DNA from: Phoronis australis
Taxonomy: Eukaryota > Animalia > Phoronida
Reading direction: 5' to 3'
DNA: 64,000 bases
Assembly (NCBI GenBank): GCA_002633005.1
Contig: NMRA01000031.1
Location: forward strand, 124,001 to 188,000
The stretch's first letter is position 1; each line of letters opens with the position of its first letter. Of this stretch, positions 9,430 to 22,543 are shown piece by piece. The translations under genes and the position numbers were made by a program. The notes beneath the pieces were generated by a model. The model did no database searches. It had not been told where the DNA came from and was given only the letters and a program-made list of their open reading frames with translations.

Positions 9430-11560
9430 TTTAACGAAATACAAGCTTAGAGTACAAGTCGTCGACCGGGGTATTCCTAATTCTAGTACCCAGAATTGCA
9501 CTGGCGGCTCTATTTTGGATTATTTGGAATTTGCTTACAAGAGTGTCGCTGGTATGTCTGCAAACCGGTAAACAATCAATATGGGGCTGAATAATAGAAT
9601 GGCAAAGTGTACTAAAATTAAGAAATTTACCTAGACGTTCAAGTACGCCGATTTTCTTTGACACTTTCTTTGCGATCTGGGCCCGGTCTCCAATCTTTTT
9701 ACTCGAAACGGAACTCGAAATTAGGTTTGGCATTTTCTACTCTACTTTTGGGCGAACTCAAGATAAGTGTCTATTATTCTATGCTCGAGTACACAATAGC
9801 TTACGTAGATAATTTATTACCCTTAATTCACAGTGTGTAAAACTAATATTAAAACAATAAGTTCGAGTTTGAACTCGAAATTTCGAGTTTTTACTCAAGT
9901 TTGTAGTACGAATGTAAGGGTCTTCAAGGGCAAACTTGAACTAGAAACTCCTATGCATAAACTATAATGTATTCGAGCACAGTCTGATAACCAATTATCT
10001 TAGGTTAGCACAAAAGAAGCAGAGAAATTGCCACATATAGTTTCGAGTTCGTTTCGAGTACAAAGATTAGAGACCGGGCCCAGATCTATGTGCGTATTCA
10101 ATTTATGGTTGGGATCCAATATAAGGACCACGAACTTAAACTTGTCCATAATCGCCGATAGGGGAACCGTTGATAGAAAGAGATAATTTCTGTTGTTTTA
10201 TTTTCTGATGGGTTTCCAACAGCATAGACTTGGCTTTAAAGACGTTAAGAGTGAGTTTATATTAACAGTCAGTCATGGATAAGGACTAGCTCATCGTTGG
10301 GACTGAGAAATTTCAAGTTCTTTTACGGATCCAACTGTGGCCATAATTGCAGTGTCCTCAGCATACATAAATAGGACACTTTTGTGGAGGACACTAAAGA
10401 GATCGTTAACAAAAAAGTGAATAATAGAGGGCTCAAAATGGAATCCTGAGGTTCGCCTGTTTGTATAAGTAGTTTGTAAGCCAGATGATTTCGTTATCGT
10501 TAACTCCTTGGGACTCTAGTTTCCTTAATGGGATGCCATGATCCATAGAGTCGAAGGCTTTCTTAATGTTAACAAAAACAGAAGGAAATGGTGAAGCTTC
10601 TTTCGGGCACACCTTTCAAGAATTTTGGTCACTGCAGGGAGGACCGATATTGGTCTATAATACTCGCAAATCAACCTTCTTTAAAAACAGGTGTAACGAC
10701 CGACATCTTCCATTCAATAGGGATCGTGGCCATTTTTAAAAATTCACTGTATTGGTAACGGGCTCAGCTATTTGCTGAGACGCCAGTTTCAATAGCTTGG
10801 CATCAAGTAGTGCCACTGGCACTACTGGAGTTTAGAGTATTATCTGTTCTCTGACGTTGTCAACTTCAATGTCGTGAAAGTTAAATGATAGTCACTCCTG
10901 TACCTTGGGCGGGAGCTCAATAGTTGACATACTGATTTTTTCTGCACGTTTTTTTTTCTAATGTCAGTAAAAAGTCATTAAATGCATTTGCCATTTTACT
11001 TTTGTCAACGTCATCACCAACTAGAGAAACCGAAACTTTCAAAGATTTCGATTGATATCCATTTAAGCTTTACCAATGGAGGTCGCGTGATTTGTCGCAT
11101 CCAGTTGCATAAATGACTTAAATGTACCTTTACTAGTAGATAAGTCTATTGGAGGCATCCATTTTTTTCTTCATGTCCACTCGAGTCCACGGTTCTTCTT
11201 CCACCATCTTGAAAATGCAATTAGGCAGAGCAAATAAGCAAATTCACGTGGGTTTCTCATGTACTCGTAAGTGGACGATGTTAAAACCTATTTTTTTCGA
11301 AAGATGTCCAGTGGATTGTCGAATGATTGCAATTTTGCCATTCTCGTATCATAAAATAACAAATTATACCAAATCATCCCAGTGTCGGTTGACCAGATGC
11401 TAGGGATAAAAGTAACGTCTTGAGTACTAAAATTGAAAGATTCTATTTTCAAACCACTTCGCAACATTCTAATGGGCTAATATATTATCAAGCGCTCTTT
11501 TCGTCATTTAATTGATTGCTGTTTTAAGACGAATCTGCATTTTATTGTCGGGTTTCCACA
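9430..11560 (-). mobile_element. Decayed CR1/L2-group LINE (ORF2 reverse transcriptase remnant) in an intron of the FN1-like gene; ends approximate
   Basis: Minus-strand degenerate motifs in order: YRPISVLP, VNIKKAFDSMDH, GEPQDSILSPLLF (GVPQGSILGPLLF), MYAEDT (YADD), KLTLNVFKAK, IAKKVSKKIGVL, QIIQNRAA; many stops and frameshifts. Confidence 0.85.
9677..10083. mobile_element. Non-autonomous DNA transposon (407 bp) nested in the LINE
   Basis: About 44-bp TIR CTGGGCCCGGTCTCCAATCTTT..TACTCGAAACG.AACTCGAAA with its inverse at 10041-10083; flanked by AT on both sides. Confidence 0.85.
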
Positions 11561-11727
11561 GAGCGAACTATGTAAAAATTCGGTTTGTATGCTCTTCTTG
11601 GTTTTGTACCACGACAGCGCGCAAACACTAAGCATACTCAACTCTAAACCGTGGACTCGTATGCACGTGCCACATCACGTGGAGTGTCATCCCATACACT
11701 AGAAGCTTTGATATCGCCTATCTCTAG

Positions 11728-11885
11728 GTTGTAAACGCCGATTCCTGTCGTTCATGGAGTTTGGCCAGACGTACCAGGTAGCGCGTGACGACGGACGATA
11801 CAACTGCACGTGCATCAACGCCAATGAAGAAGGCGATGGCCCACCATCGCCACGCATCAAATGCGAGATTATGGCCAACCAGTGA
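11728..11885 (+). CDS. Cysteine-rich FN1-like protein, terminal exon D (FN1-like module 2: CKRRFLSFMEFGQTYQVARDDGRYNCTCINANEEGDGPPSPRIKCEIMANQ*)
   Basis: TATCTCTAG acceptor, phase 1 matching exon C; same C...CxC...C pattern; TGA at 11883-11885 and AATAAA at 12000-12005. Confidence 0.75.
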
Positions 11886-12188
11886 AGCGTATGAGTAATA
11901 CTATTACGTTGAAAGAGAAATGAAAAACAGCATTCATAAGAAACACCAATCGACAGCAATTAGCTGTACACATTTTATGTATTTCAGTTATTTTGTCTGA
12001 ATAAAACTGAAATAACGTATAACAACCGAAAATGCGGTAACAAAGTTATTCAATAATTATTTATAGATGGTTGCATGCCCTTATGATACAACAGCGATAA
12101 ATAAGCAGGGAGACATGACACTCGCTTCTTTTACCCATCAAAAATGGCCGAGGATTGCAGGCTGCTGAAATAGGATAACATACTTAAT

Positions 12189-12456
12189 CTAACCGTTGGC
12201 CTAACCCTAACCCTAGCCCTAACCCTTGGTCTTACCCTAACACCAACCCTAGCCCTCGGACTAACCCTCACTCTAATCCTAACCCCTAACCGTAACCCTA
12301 ACGTTGATCCTAACCCTTGGCCTAATCCTTACTTTAACTCTAATCCATGGCCTAACCTTTACCCTAACCCTTAAACTAACCATAAACCTTACCCTAAACC
12401 TAGACCTTACTTTAACTCTAACCCTAAACCTAACATCAACCCTAACCCCAACCTTT
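12189..12456 (+). repeat. Degenerate (CCCTAA)n telomere-like hexamer array
   Basis: About 45 imperfect CCCTAA/CCTTAA/CTCTAA units. Confidence 0.9.
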
Positions 12457-12561
12457 AAGTACTATGAAATAAAACCAGTCCCTGATATTTTCCCTAACAA
12501 CGCGTAGTCCTTGGCTGGTGACGCGATGACTCTAGCGACAACAGCGATTCATCCCAGTCGA

Positions 12562-12925
12562 CGAGCAAGAGTGAAGTGGCCGAAATGGCCCAGGAAAGGG
12601 TGTGAAAAGACTTAGATACAGACATGGACATCAGGCCCATGCAGAGCGAGAAAAGTTTGGTATAGAGGAGAAAGTAAGAACAACAGTGCCATCAGCACAG
12701 CATGAAAAACATCAGACGTGAACTCGGGTCTTTGACGAAAGTTTACCGCAGAGCGGAAGAAAAGCAGAGGTTCCCTTTAGTACAGATGAAGGAATCACTG
12801 GGAGACGAGTTGAAGAAGTTAAGACGAGAAGAGACCACTCAGAAAGCTAAAGTTAAAAATCCTTTTAAGTTTACCAGGAATCGGCTAGGGCAGGAGAAGT
12901 CTGGATATTTTAAGACTCCTAAGGG
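12562..12925 (+). mobile_element. Remnant of an RLE-type non-LTR retrotransposon (HERO-like), pre-RT region
   Basis: RARVKWPK...(W)KDLDTD...KFG...RRELGSLTKVYRRA...LKKLRREE...NPFKFTRNRLGQEKSG resembles the remembered HERO motifs IKWP and NPFxFxKxLLGxKxSG; contains stops. Confidence 0.6.
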
Positions 12926-13880
12926 CATTCGGTGGGCCCGCCAGCGGAGCTAATTATGATTTAGGGCCCAAACTTGCTAAGAAGCTTCATATCCATCTGA
13001 TGGTGGACCTAACCAAAAAAGCAACGTCAACAACGAGCATCGACCGCCAATTGACCCACTCTAGAATATCCCTCCAGCAACGTTGCATCTGGAGGCTGAA
13101 GAATCCTTTCAATTTTTGGCGTCCAGCAATTTACACTGTAAGTTAATAAAGTATAATGACATAAAAGCTGCGCAATATGGATCTAATCAAGGTGAAACTG
13201 GTCACGACCAGTGAGTGTGTGTGACGTCCGAGGTGGATTTCTAATCCAGTGGCAGTATTGTTGGAGAAGTTTGCACTGTAAACAAGGTCACAGACGCAAT
13301 TAACCATGGATAAATTGGTTAAACGCAAATTTTGTGTAAAGTCTGTATTTACGCTACAGTGTGTTTTAGTAATTATTGAATTACCACCAGTGACACAGTC
13401 ATTTTGTTCCACGATATTGTGTTAATTGCTTGATATCATGAGGGGCTTGCACGATAACTTAATTGTCCCTAGCCTCCTAGGGATGTACGAATGCTTAAAA
13501 CACGTCTTTTCAAATGAGTTTTTTCTAATATCAATGAGTGTAGGAAAAACGAATAAATTAATTAACTATCTAATACGGTATTGCCCGCACTATCCCATCA
13601 TAAGCAATAGTTGCTTTGATATATCCTTAAAAGAATACGAGCAGTGACAGAAGCGGATCTAGGATATCACAAGGGGGGGCAACATTTTTGTCCGGCTGTA
13701 AGCATTTGCGCAAAGCACCGAATGGGGGGAGGTCGGGAGGGGGGTTTGCCCCCCTCCCGACCAGGAATTTTTTCTGTTTTTTCCTCTAAAAATCAAGCAT
13801 TTTCCTTGATTTCTGATGTATTATCCAAGAAAAAAAGGCAAAAAAAAACACGGAGAACGTGTCACACAGGAAAAACTGCG

Positions 13881-13943
13881 CGTTCCACAGACTCGAACTC
13901 ACGACCTGGACGCGCGTATGCCTTGCCTCTACACCACCACGAT
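13881..13943 (-). mobile_element. tRNA-derived SINE head or tRNA pseudogene
   Basis: Minus-strand A-box TGGTGTAGAGG and B-box GAGTTCGAGTC at tRNA-like spacing; no full cloverleaf. Confidence 0.5.
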
Positions 13944-14899
13944 TTCACTAATAAACTTGAACTAGGAGACCTACTTGTTTATGGTCCACTGCGTTTGCGC
14001 GCGAAACCAACTTCTTTTTGTAATGCTTTTTACACGTTTTATATTTTGTGCATCGGTTCTTAACAAATTTGTTGTATTAAAAATAGTCTTCAAATGCCCA
14101 AAAGACAAAATCCGTTTTTCGTGTTGGCAATAATGACGGGATTGCTTTGGAAATCGTCTTAAATTAAGGTTTGACAAAGAGAGAATTAATGAGTTTCTGA
14201 GTGATTCACTAAGGCTTCGATTAAAATTCACATCTTACCAGCAACTTCTGTTTTTTCATCGTCACTCATGTTCCTTTTTTTTTAAAAAATGAAGTAAATT
14301 TTCTTCATTCCACAGTGGAGCAGACGACGGAAACGGAGTCGTAGTGCGCAGCGCCACTGCCGGTCGCCTGGGATATCGCGGGAGAGCCTACACTTAGCCA
14401 CAGTTCCGATATAAATGCGCCGTGTTCCGGATTTTACACTTGAAATTGGAAATTGGATCTGAGCCCCCCNCTATGAGTGATATGTTCGCGCGTCCGTATA
14501 TTATATGTATACCGCGGTGATATGAGGTTATTTAATTCTTTCGAGTGGCCTGTCCTACACATTTTCACTAATACTTTTACGCTCTAAGTTATTGTTATTG
14601 ACTTCTTCCACCAAGACTGTACAAATTTTAACAATGATGTCATTGACAGGACAATAAGACGACCATTCATTGCCTTATTTGCTTACTTTTCAAGAGATGA
14701 TATCTTTATGTTGACGCTTGTCCTCTAGACAAACTAACTGGACGTTTTTCTCATTGATGAACGTCGTCCATATAAAGCCTTAAAAATGCTATAATTTCAC
14801 GTCGCGGTGATTTTTTGCGTCTTTCAAAAATATCTGAAAATGATGCAAATCCCAAAAATTTCGAAATGGAAAAAATTACTTGAATTTTCGCAGAAAAAT

Positions 14900-16070
14900 G
14901 ATTTAATACAGATTCAACTCATTTCGCAGTGACCTTGAAAATGGCGTCAATGTTGGCCAAATTTGACTGGCACCTGAAAATAACCCACCTGCGCCTAAGA
15001 GCAAATAAGTGCGCCCAGTTTGACTGGCACCAGCTGGAGATACCCTACCCATGTACAAACCTTGTTGCACAATATGAATACAATCTAATACTTCCTTCGT
15101 GAGATATCGCATGAACATTTCGTAAAGCTAGAATTTTTTGCCGTGACCACCACATACATGTAATTCGACTGGCGAATGGACTCTAGATCATTCCCAACCT
15201 ACACCTGGAGATATAGACAAAACGTACCCCGAGTGACGTACAATTAGTAATATCCCACGAGATATTATTCCGCGGAATAATGCGGAAAATGCAGAAATCT
15301 TAAATTTTCGAAGTGACCTGAAAATGTGCTAAGGTCACCAATATCAACTCGCACCAGTAGGAGATCGAGATGTCCTCCGTGCACCTTCATAATTTGGAAA
15401 AATGTGAACAAAAGTTAAAACTTTCTACTCTAGTTGAGATATTGCTCTACTGACTTTCTCGCCGTGACCTTAAATGAAGTGAAAGTCACCAAATTTGACA
15501 AGCGCCCGGAGGTGCATCACCTTCATCTTGGTGCAAAAAATATGAATAACTTCTAAAGCTTCCTACTTAGAGATATTGTGCCAACATTTTCTAAATTGAA
15601 GCTCTCTTTATGTATTCGGAGGGACTTTTAAAAATGACGGTAAGGTCACCCCAAATACAGTGGCACTTGGAGATGCCCCAACATAACATTTGTAAAATTC
15701 AAGAATATTTGAGTTTCGATTACTCTTCACTTGAGAGATCATATGACGTCGCACAGTACCATATTACTAAGTCACCGCCAACCAGAAGCATTTATTTGAC
15801 CATGGCTGCCACGGGTAACTCGAGCAAGGAGAAGACGATGCAAGTGCACAACGACCGCAGATACATTTATGAAGGAAGAGCGAGATTGCCACGCGTCCCA
15901 GTTCCATTCGAGTTCGCCTGCACGGAAATATCGGACAGTACAAGCTCAAGATCATCAAATAAAAGTTGATTTAACTAACTCCGGTGCACACGGTTAAGAT
16001 ATTCTAGGTTTTGGACAGACAAATTTCAGTAACGCCGACTAACAAAAAGTCGATACAATGCTTTATTTCT
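14900..16070. repeat. Old non-autonomous element with internal degenerate repeats; ends approximate
   Basis: Recurrent GTGACCTT.AAA...GTCACCAAA...TGGCAC...GAGATATT units near 14930, 15312, 15463 and 15625. Confidence 0.45.
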
Positions 16071-17498
16071 GGCAAGTTGCATGCCCTTATAACAGGTACA
16101 ACACCACAACGATGAATGAACAGGAAAAGGTGACTCGTGTTTTTAACAACACAATGTGACTCTAATGATTGCACAAGTTTGAAAACTGACCAGAGGCAAA
16201 AACACTAACAGACTACAAACATAACGAAATAAAGTCAAGCGGTAATTTTTGCATAGGCGGATTCACGCGGCGGGTACTTGACTGCCTGCCACAAAGTCCC
16301 CTGAGACAATCGATCAGCTGGAACATAACCCGGATGCTCATGACAGCGAAATCTGAAATACGCGATAAAGTTATTTCTCTAATTATCATACATGTACGTA
16401 ATCCAGCCAAATTCACCCAGACCAGGTGTGTTTTTCTTTTTTACTTGTGGTTTCATTGCAGTAACAGGGTTAATGGTGCGTGCGGCACCTATAGCTTCTT
16501 TGGTGGCAATGGAAAACGACATTTCAAAGCACCCCACTTCAATCCCTGTATCCGCCTATGTCACGATTAATTACACGACACATCACATCTTGAACTATTC
16601 ACTTGGATCATCTTGGTAACATGCAACACCAAAATAGCTAAAGGTATTCCCCTGTCAAGGTCATCGGCAAAATACATGTCCTCTCGCGTGTATGAAACTT
16701 TACACTGAAAGCCAGACAATCTTCGTAGTGAGTCCTAAGTCCACAAGTATTATCTAGAAATACTTAGAGTAGCAATACAATAGTCTACTAAAGTAATTGT
16801 ACCTCAATGAGAATTTCTGGTCTATTAACCTCTCTGCGAAAATGCATACACTGAAGGTAAACATTGCATAAACATACAGGCAAAGCGCCGAGTAGGACAG
16901 TCGGCCACACGTTACCACACAGAACCACACTTGCTGCTCAACAAAACAGGCAGAAAATAAAAATATGTCTAAACACAGAATAATCAGTAAAAAATCTCAA
17001 CGCATTTGCATTCTTTTCAGCTGGGTAAACAAAAAACTTGGTTTTGCAAATTTGAAGATTCATTTTATAAATCTTTTTAATTATCTACCTCAACCAGATC
17101 AGGGGTCTTTGGAACTAAACTGACAGAATTGTTTTTGATCAGATTCGAATGTGTGTGCCGCAGCGCCATCTGTATGGCTGCCGTAGGTCCTTTTACATTT
17201 CCAATGGGCATCCTTTTAGAGACTGTCAGACAATAGCTTTCCAGTCAACAAATTCTATAACATAGTACTGTTGACTAGTGTGATGAAGGGGGTAAAAAAC
17301 ATTCACTATCTTTGAGACATTCTGGTTGCAATCAATACTGTAAATAGCAGTCAAGTTTGTAGCAATAGAACAGAGCACATGTTGCTATAGCAACACACCC
17401 TTAGGCACATAAAAATGTTCATACATGACAAACAAGGCAGGTCAATGTCACGTATATGCAAATGACTATTAAATAATTACAGGCTGCAATTATCCTGT

Positions 17499-17524
17499 AC
17501 ACACACACACACACACACACACAC
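17499..17524. repeat. (AC)n microsatellite
   Basis: Perfect AC run. Confidence 0.95.
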
Positions 17525-19534
17525 TAATAATTCATACACTCGTTTGAAATGACACCAAAAACCTAATAATTCCTACATATGGTGCTGTCAGGGCACAGTC
17601 CATATACATGCACTTGGTACTAAAAGAAATATAAGAAGTGAAGCAGTGACTGCACTGCTGTATGGCAACAAGGTGACGTGTAAGACGGACAAAGGAAGAT
17701 TTGTCCATGAGCACAAACAGGGAGAGATATGTTAAAATGAGGCGCAGTAGCCTCTTGGAGAAATGTAAACATAAATAGTATAATTAAGAAACGAGACATG
17801 TATAAAGTAAACAAACAACGAATAAAATGTACACATTACAACCATACCATGAGGAAGGATAAAAATACGGTCCACACGGTGTGATAAATGTTTAGGGAAA
17901 AGTTGACTAAGAGAAGAAAGTGGTGTATGTTTTAAAAGACGGCCTTCATGGCTGGGATGCATAAATTTTTTTCTTCGCTGGATAATTTTGAGAGTTGCAT
18001 TATGGGAGTACCTAAGTACAACAACAACAACAGTATGAAGGTAATGTTATCTCATAACTGTTACACAACTGTGACCTAAAAAGACATTAAAAACATCTTT
18101 ACAAAGTCGTATAGAAGTCAGTGTAGTTACCCCCACGCTAATGGAATTACAGGACAAGTTTTATTCTGAATAAATAAAAACAACCTACTTTCAAATTAAA
18201 AAGTTCTGTTACATCCTTCATGTTAACTTTCTGTCTAAAATCTATTTATATGAACACAAATAACACAAACTGGAAAAAACAAATGACAAATAACAATATC
18301 TTTTTTTAAAATTGTCAATATTTTCAAATGTCTGTGTCGCAAATGATATTTACTTCCAACTGCTCATTTTAGAGGAATCAACATTACTGAGTAACTGTAT
18401 AAACTGCTGTGAAAAAGAATAGTGCAAGGAATGCTATAGTTTTCATTGAAGTACATGTACCACCAATGTCAACTCAAGTTTCCCAGGACAAATGCTTGTA
18501 ACATAAACATATACAGAATATCATTGAACATTCTAGACAAGCACTGATCACGTGTCCAAGTACCAGTGCTGTGAGGTACACCGAGTCTAAATAAAAACTA
18601 TGTTGCCAACACTGATCCAATGTTAAAGCCTTCCGGCAATGATTGTGTAGGATAATAATACTGATCACTGGTGTTATGCACCAAGTACCATTAACATATA
18701 CCAACTGAGGACACCACACGGCAGCAAAATGGAATTCTTTTTCATCAACTTACTCCATAAAAATAATATCAAGACATCCTCACGTCAGTGCTATGATAGA
18801 CAATGCAGTGGAGCCACCACCAGGTGGCAGTTGGCAAAACATAAGAATTTACTGAAATGTAGTAAATCTCTGATGAAAACTTTAAATATTTTTTATTAGT
18901 ATTATTTTTGTCCAATGAAGGAATGGTTACACTTAAAGCTTTAGACACCCCATAGGACAATATAAGTTAAGTGATAATGCATGGGACCACTTAAGGCTAA
19001 AAATCATGCTTAGGAACACTTACGCTACATGGTAAAAACAAAATGACAAGGAGTTCCCCGTCATAAAGGTTGAGCGCAAACAAAATTTCCAGACATGACA
19101 ACTGAGTGCCAGCAGAATTCACCATCAGAGCAGGTGAAATTACACATAATGACCTGAAATGACAAGAAAACTGTATTTTCTTTGATAACCTTTAGTATGC
19201 ACTAGTAATGGCGACTGGGGCTGGATCACATGTATACACTAGGACTGTTACAATTTGTTCATTGACATTGATGAAGGCCAGCAACAAATAGTAAGATCAC
19301 CTATGACTAGTAACTATGATTGTGTAGGATGACAGAGCAAGCCAGAACAATAGAAATAATGCTTCAGATGTAAAGACCGACACTCCACCTAATGATTGAT
19401 TTAGCCTCAAAAGATTTTGAAAATTCAGATCTCAGTCCAAATTCCAAATCTTTTTAATCACCAGGGTAGAGTAAGCATGACACTGTAGCACACTAATTCT
19501 ATTGTTCTGTCCAGCCTTTGTAAGTCTGACAGGG

Positions 19535-20181
19535 TTAGACTGCAGACTCGTACACAGTGGGACTAGATGGGGGGGACTTGGGACTGACCATGCCTCTTTC
19601 ATCACGTACCACGCATGTGGTGTCCTCACCAATATCATACTCATAATTTTCAAGCTCCTCCCCTCGGTAAACGCCGCACTCGTACGCCACAATCGTGGCG
19701 TGGTCCAACTTCCCCGGAGCTTTTGACATCTTCTCAACAATTGCAGTGTCACGTCGCTTCCTCTCCTTCGACCGAAGCTTTTTACCGTACAGCTCCGGAT
19801 TTTCCAGAACTTTCCGCTTAGAATCTGTTAGCAGACAGACATGCTGCACCAAAGCTCCAGCAAGTTCCTGAGCTGACACAGATATCTCTGTGTCCAACTC
19901 AAACTGGTGGATAACACGCTCCATTTCCTTCACGGAATAGTGATGTCTTTCATGAGGCAGCATTTCTGGTTTATGACTAACAGCATCCACCTTGTTAGCA
20001 ATGTCCTGACCTATACTCGGGTCGCTGGAACTCCGCTTCATCGCCACAGCAAGCTTCGTCACCACGGGGTCAAAATTGTCGGAGATTCCATCCGAGGTCA
20101 GAAACACAATGTCACCGGGGTCAACAAAGGTCAGTGAGCAAGTGAGGTTGTTCAACTCCGGGTTAGTGCCATCAACAGGAC
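19535..20181 (-). CDS. CG9801: PP2C-like domain protein (CG9801 family), last coding exon
   Basis: TTTCAG acceptor, phase 1; GPVDGTNPELNNLT, FLTSDGISDNFDP (PP2C motif 8), GKLDHATIV (motif 11); ends in a stop codon. Confidence 0.92.
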
Positions 20182-21513
20182 CTGAAAGTATGACAGAAAT
20201 ATGCATTCAGTGAAGACTGATTTCTCTGTTGAAATAGTTGAAACTAACACTAATAGCACTAGGAGGATTAAAACGTAGTTGCAATAAAAAATAAACAATT
20301 CAGGCAACTGCAATGAGTTCATTTCACTAAAGATTAACATAAGAATACATTCTAATATGCTGGAAATACAGTGTAGAGCTTAAAGTTTTTGCTTAAGTAA
20401 TTTTAAAAAGTCACTTAGGCCAATATCTAATTCATCTAGTATGACCACACTAGATGTAACTAGATATTGGCTAAAGTGATTTTTTTCAATCACTGAAGTA
20501 AAAACTTTAAACTTGTTTAATATAAAAATACTGTTAATAAAATTTGTCACAGAGGCAAGGGTTGTGGTATGCATAGATCCAAGTATTAACATCCCCAGGA
20601 CTCACCCAGCAACCATTACGCCCCACTCAATACTACTCCAAAATATGTAAAGGTCAAATCATCAATACAAATGAAATAACACTTTCATCAGTCAGTGTTT
20701 CACTTGCAGTCCCCATAAGATCAGGGCAGCGTCCTTACTGTTTTGCTATTGGGATGGAAAATGGTTCCAATCCACATCAAAGTTACCATCAATGAAGTGG
20801 AAATGCCTGACATCGTGGGAGGGTTGTGGTGAGGACGTCATGAAGTCCCCATTGCAAATGTTACAATTATCATAGCATCTTTGCCATGCATGGACTATGC
20901 ACATGGAAACATAAAAATGCTTGTATTACGACTTTCGAGACCACATCACATTCTCATCAGATCGTCAAACCATGGCATTTGTTTTGAACATGCTCAGAAC
21001 AAACACTGTGATCATTGACTACGCAGACCATAGCACAAATGGCAATGGTTTGATATAACGCGCCCCAATTTTAAGAACCAGACTTCTCCACTAAATAACG
21101 AACATAAAACTGGTTCTCAAAATACCAGCACGTTGTATCAGACTATTGCCGTACAAATGACGAACGTTTCCACCACACTTATAGTGACCTCCACGTGCTT
21201 TGGGCCACTTTATGATATAGCACAGTGCAGGAAGGGTGCCCATAGCTGCGAAATATAGCTATTATTTTTTTTGAAGGCTTATCAGAGGAGGTCAGAGGGC
21301 GTATTAAGTGCCACTTCGCTACAACTATGCTTTCTACGTTTTTGCGATTGTGAAAGGGGCTGGTGGCCTATTTGTATCGAATGTTATGTATGCTCACAGC
21401 AAATGTCCTGAAATATTTCCTTACAAGTTGTAAAGACTGACTAAGTACATAATCATACAAATAGCTTAGCCCACCATACGCACTGGTTATAGATATCTCT
21501 TCTAAATGCTCAC

Positions 21514-21769
21514 CTAAGGCTCCTCCTGCGTCCCTTATGTCTCGTTCACTCTGTATGTCATGTGACCCGATAGAGATCTCCCGGATTCCCCAACGTTTGC
21601 TGAACACAAAACAGAAACTGTCACCTACGTTGACAGAACAGACAGCAAATTGCCTGGACTCCTTCATGGGCAGAACTAATGCCACGCAGAGGGTGGTAAG
21701 ACCTCCCTCCTTTTCAATAATTTTCTGGTGGGCTGCGTCAAATGACTCACGAATGTATTGAATGGCATC
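21514..21769 (-). CDS. CG9801: PP2C-like domain protein (CG9801 family), exon 5
   Basis: GACAG acceptor and G|GTGAG donor; phase 0 in, phase 1 out; GGLTTLCV, VNVGDS (PP2C motif 5), GSHD...RDAGGALG. Confidence 0.92.
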
Positions 21770-22016
21770 CTGTCAATGAAAACAGAGAATTAAAACCCCA
21801 TGAAGTACCATCTTTGAAAACCATTGCTTATTTCATGTTTTTGGGATTGGGCTTGTGATTATTTTTTCAAAATGGCTAGTTGGGACTCCAAATGACACAT
21901 AACAAAACACGCATGCCATGGAGTACCACCCTTGTTTCAACAGAGGGTTCACCACTGCTAATTGGAGTTGATTAAGCTTCAAGGTTCCTCTTGATTTAAT
22001 TAGTGTGACAGTTTAA

Positions 22017-22543
22017 GGTTACGCAGGACCCTAGAAACTAAAACATTCAATTTTGGCCAACTTCAGCACATCGTATCTAAGAAATGGCCGACCACATTCA
22101 TATGAAACTTTCAGATACCATGACTTATAAACTGTTCTCCAAAACGCTGTTTGGAATTGTTTTTAAAATGTTCCACTTTTGCATGAAAGGTTATCAAAAA
22201 TAGGATTTTTATGACTTTCATGAAAAAGCTTTCGCATTGCAAAAACGAAAATGAACAGATGAACAGAGAACTGCTTCTGAGATCTTGCCTTGAACAATTA
22301 TATCATACAAGATTTGATCACGTGATTGATACCACTGTTTTGCCATCAATGTATCTCTTTTTACTAAATTTTACTAAAAAACATGGTCACATGACCTAAA
22401 TAATAGAAAATGGTAAAAAGACAAAATTCTAATTTCATAGGCTTTCTGTTTTCAGAAAATATATTATACTTATACTGAGTTAAAATCTATAGTTTTACAG
22501 ATAATTGGCTAAATACGCACACTTGTCAAAGTCCACCATAACC
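22017..22543. mobile_element. Kolobok-like non-autonomous DNA transposon
   Basis: TTAA on both flanks (22013-16, 22544-47); imperfect TIRs GGTTACGCAGGAC / GTCCACCATAACC; a diverged internal fragment recurs near 61590-61830. Confidence 0.65.

Noticed and set aside
12304-12507. Leu/Thr-rich 67-aa ORF
   Set aside because: Translation of the CCCTAA repeat.
13881-13943. Functional tRNA gene
   Set aside because: A and B boxes are present but acceptor and anticodon stems do not pair; treated as a SINE head, as is 38090-38167.
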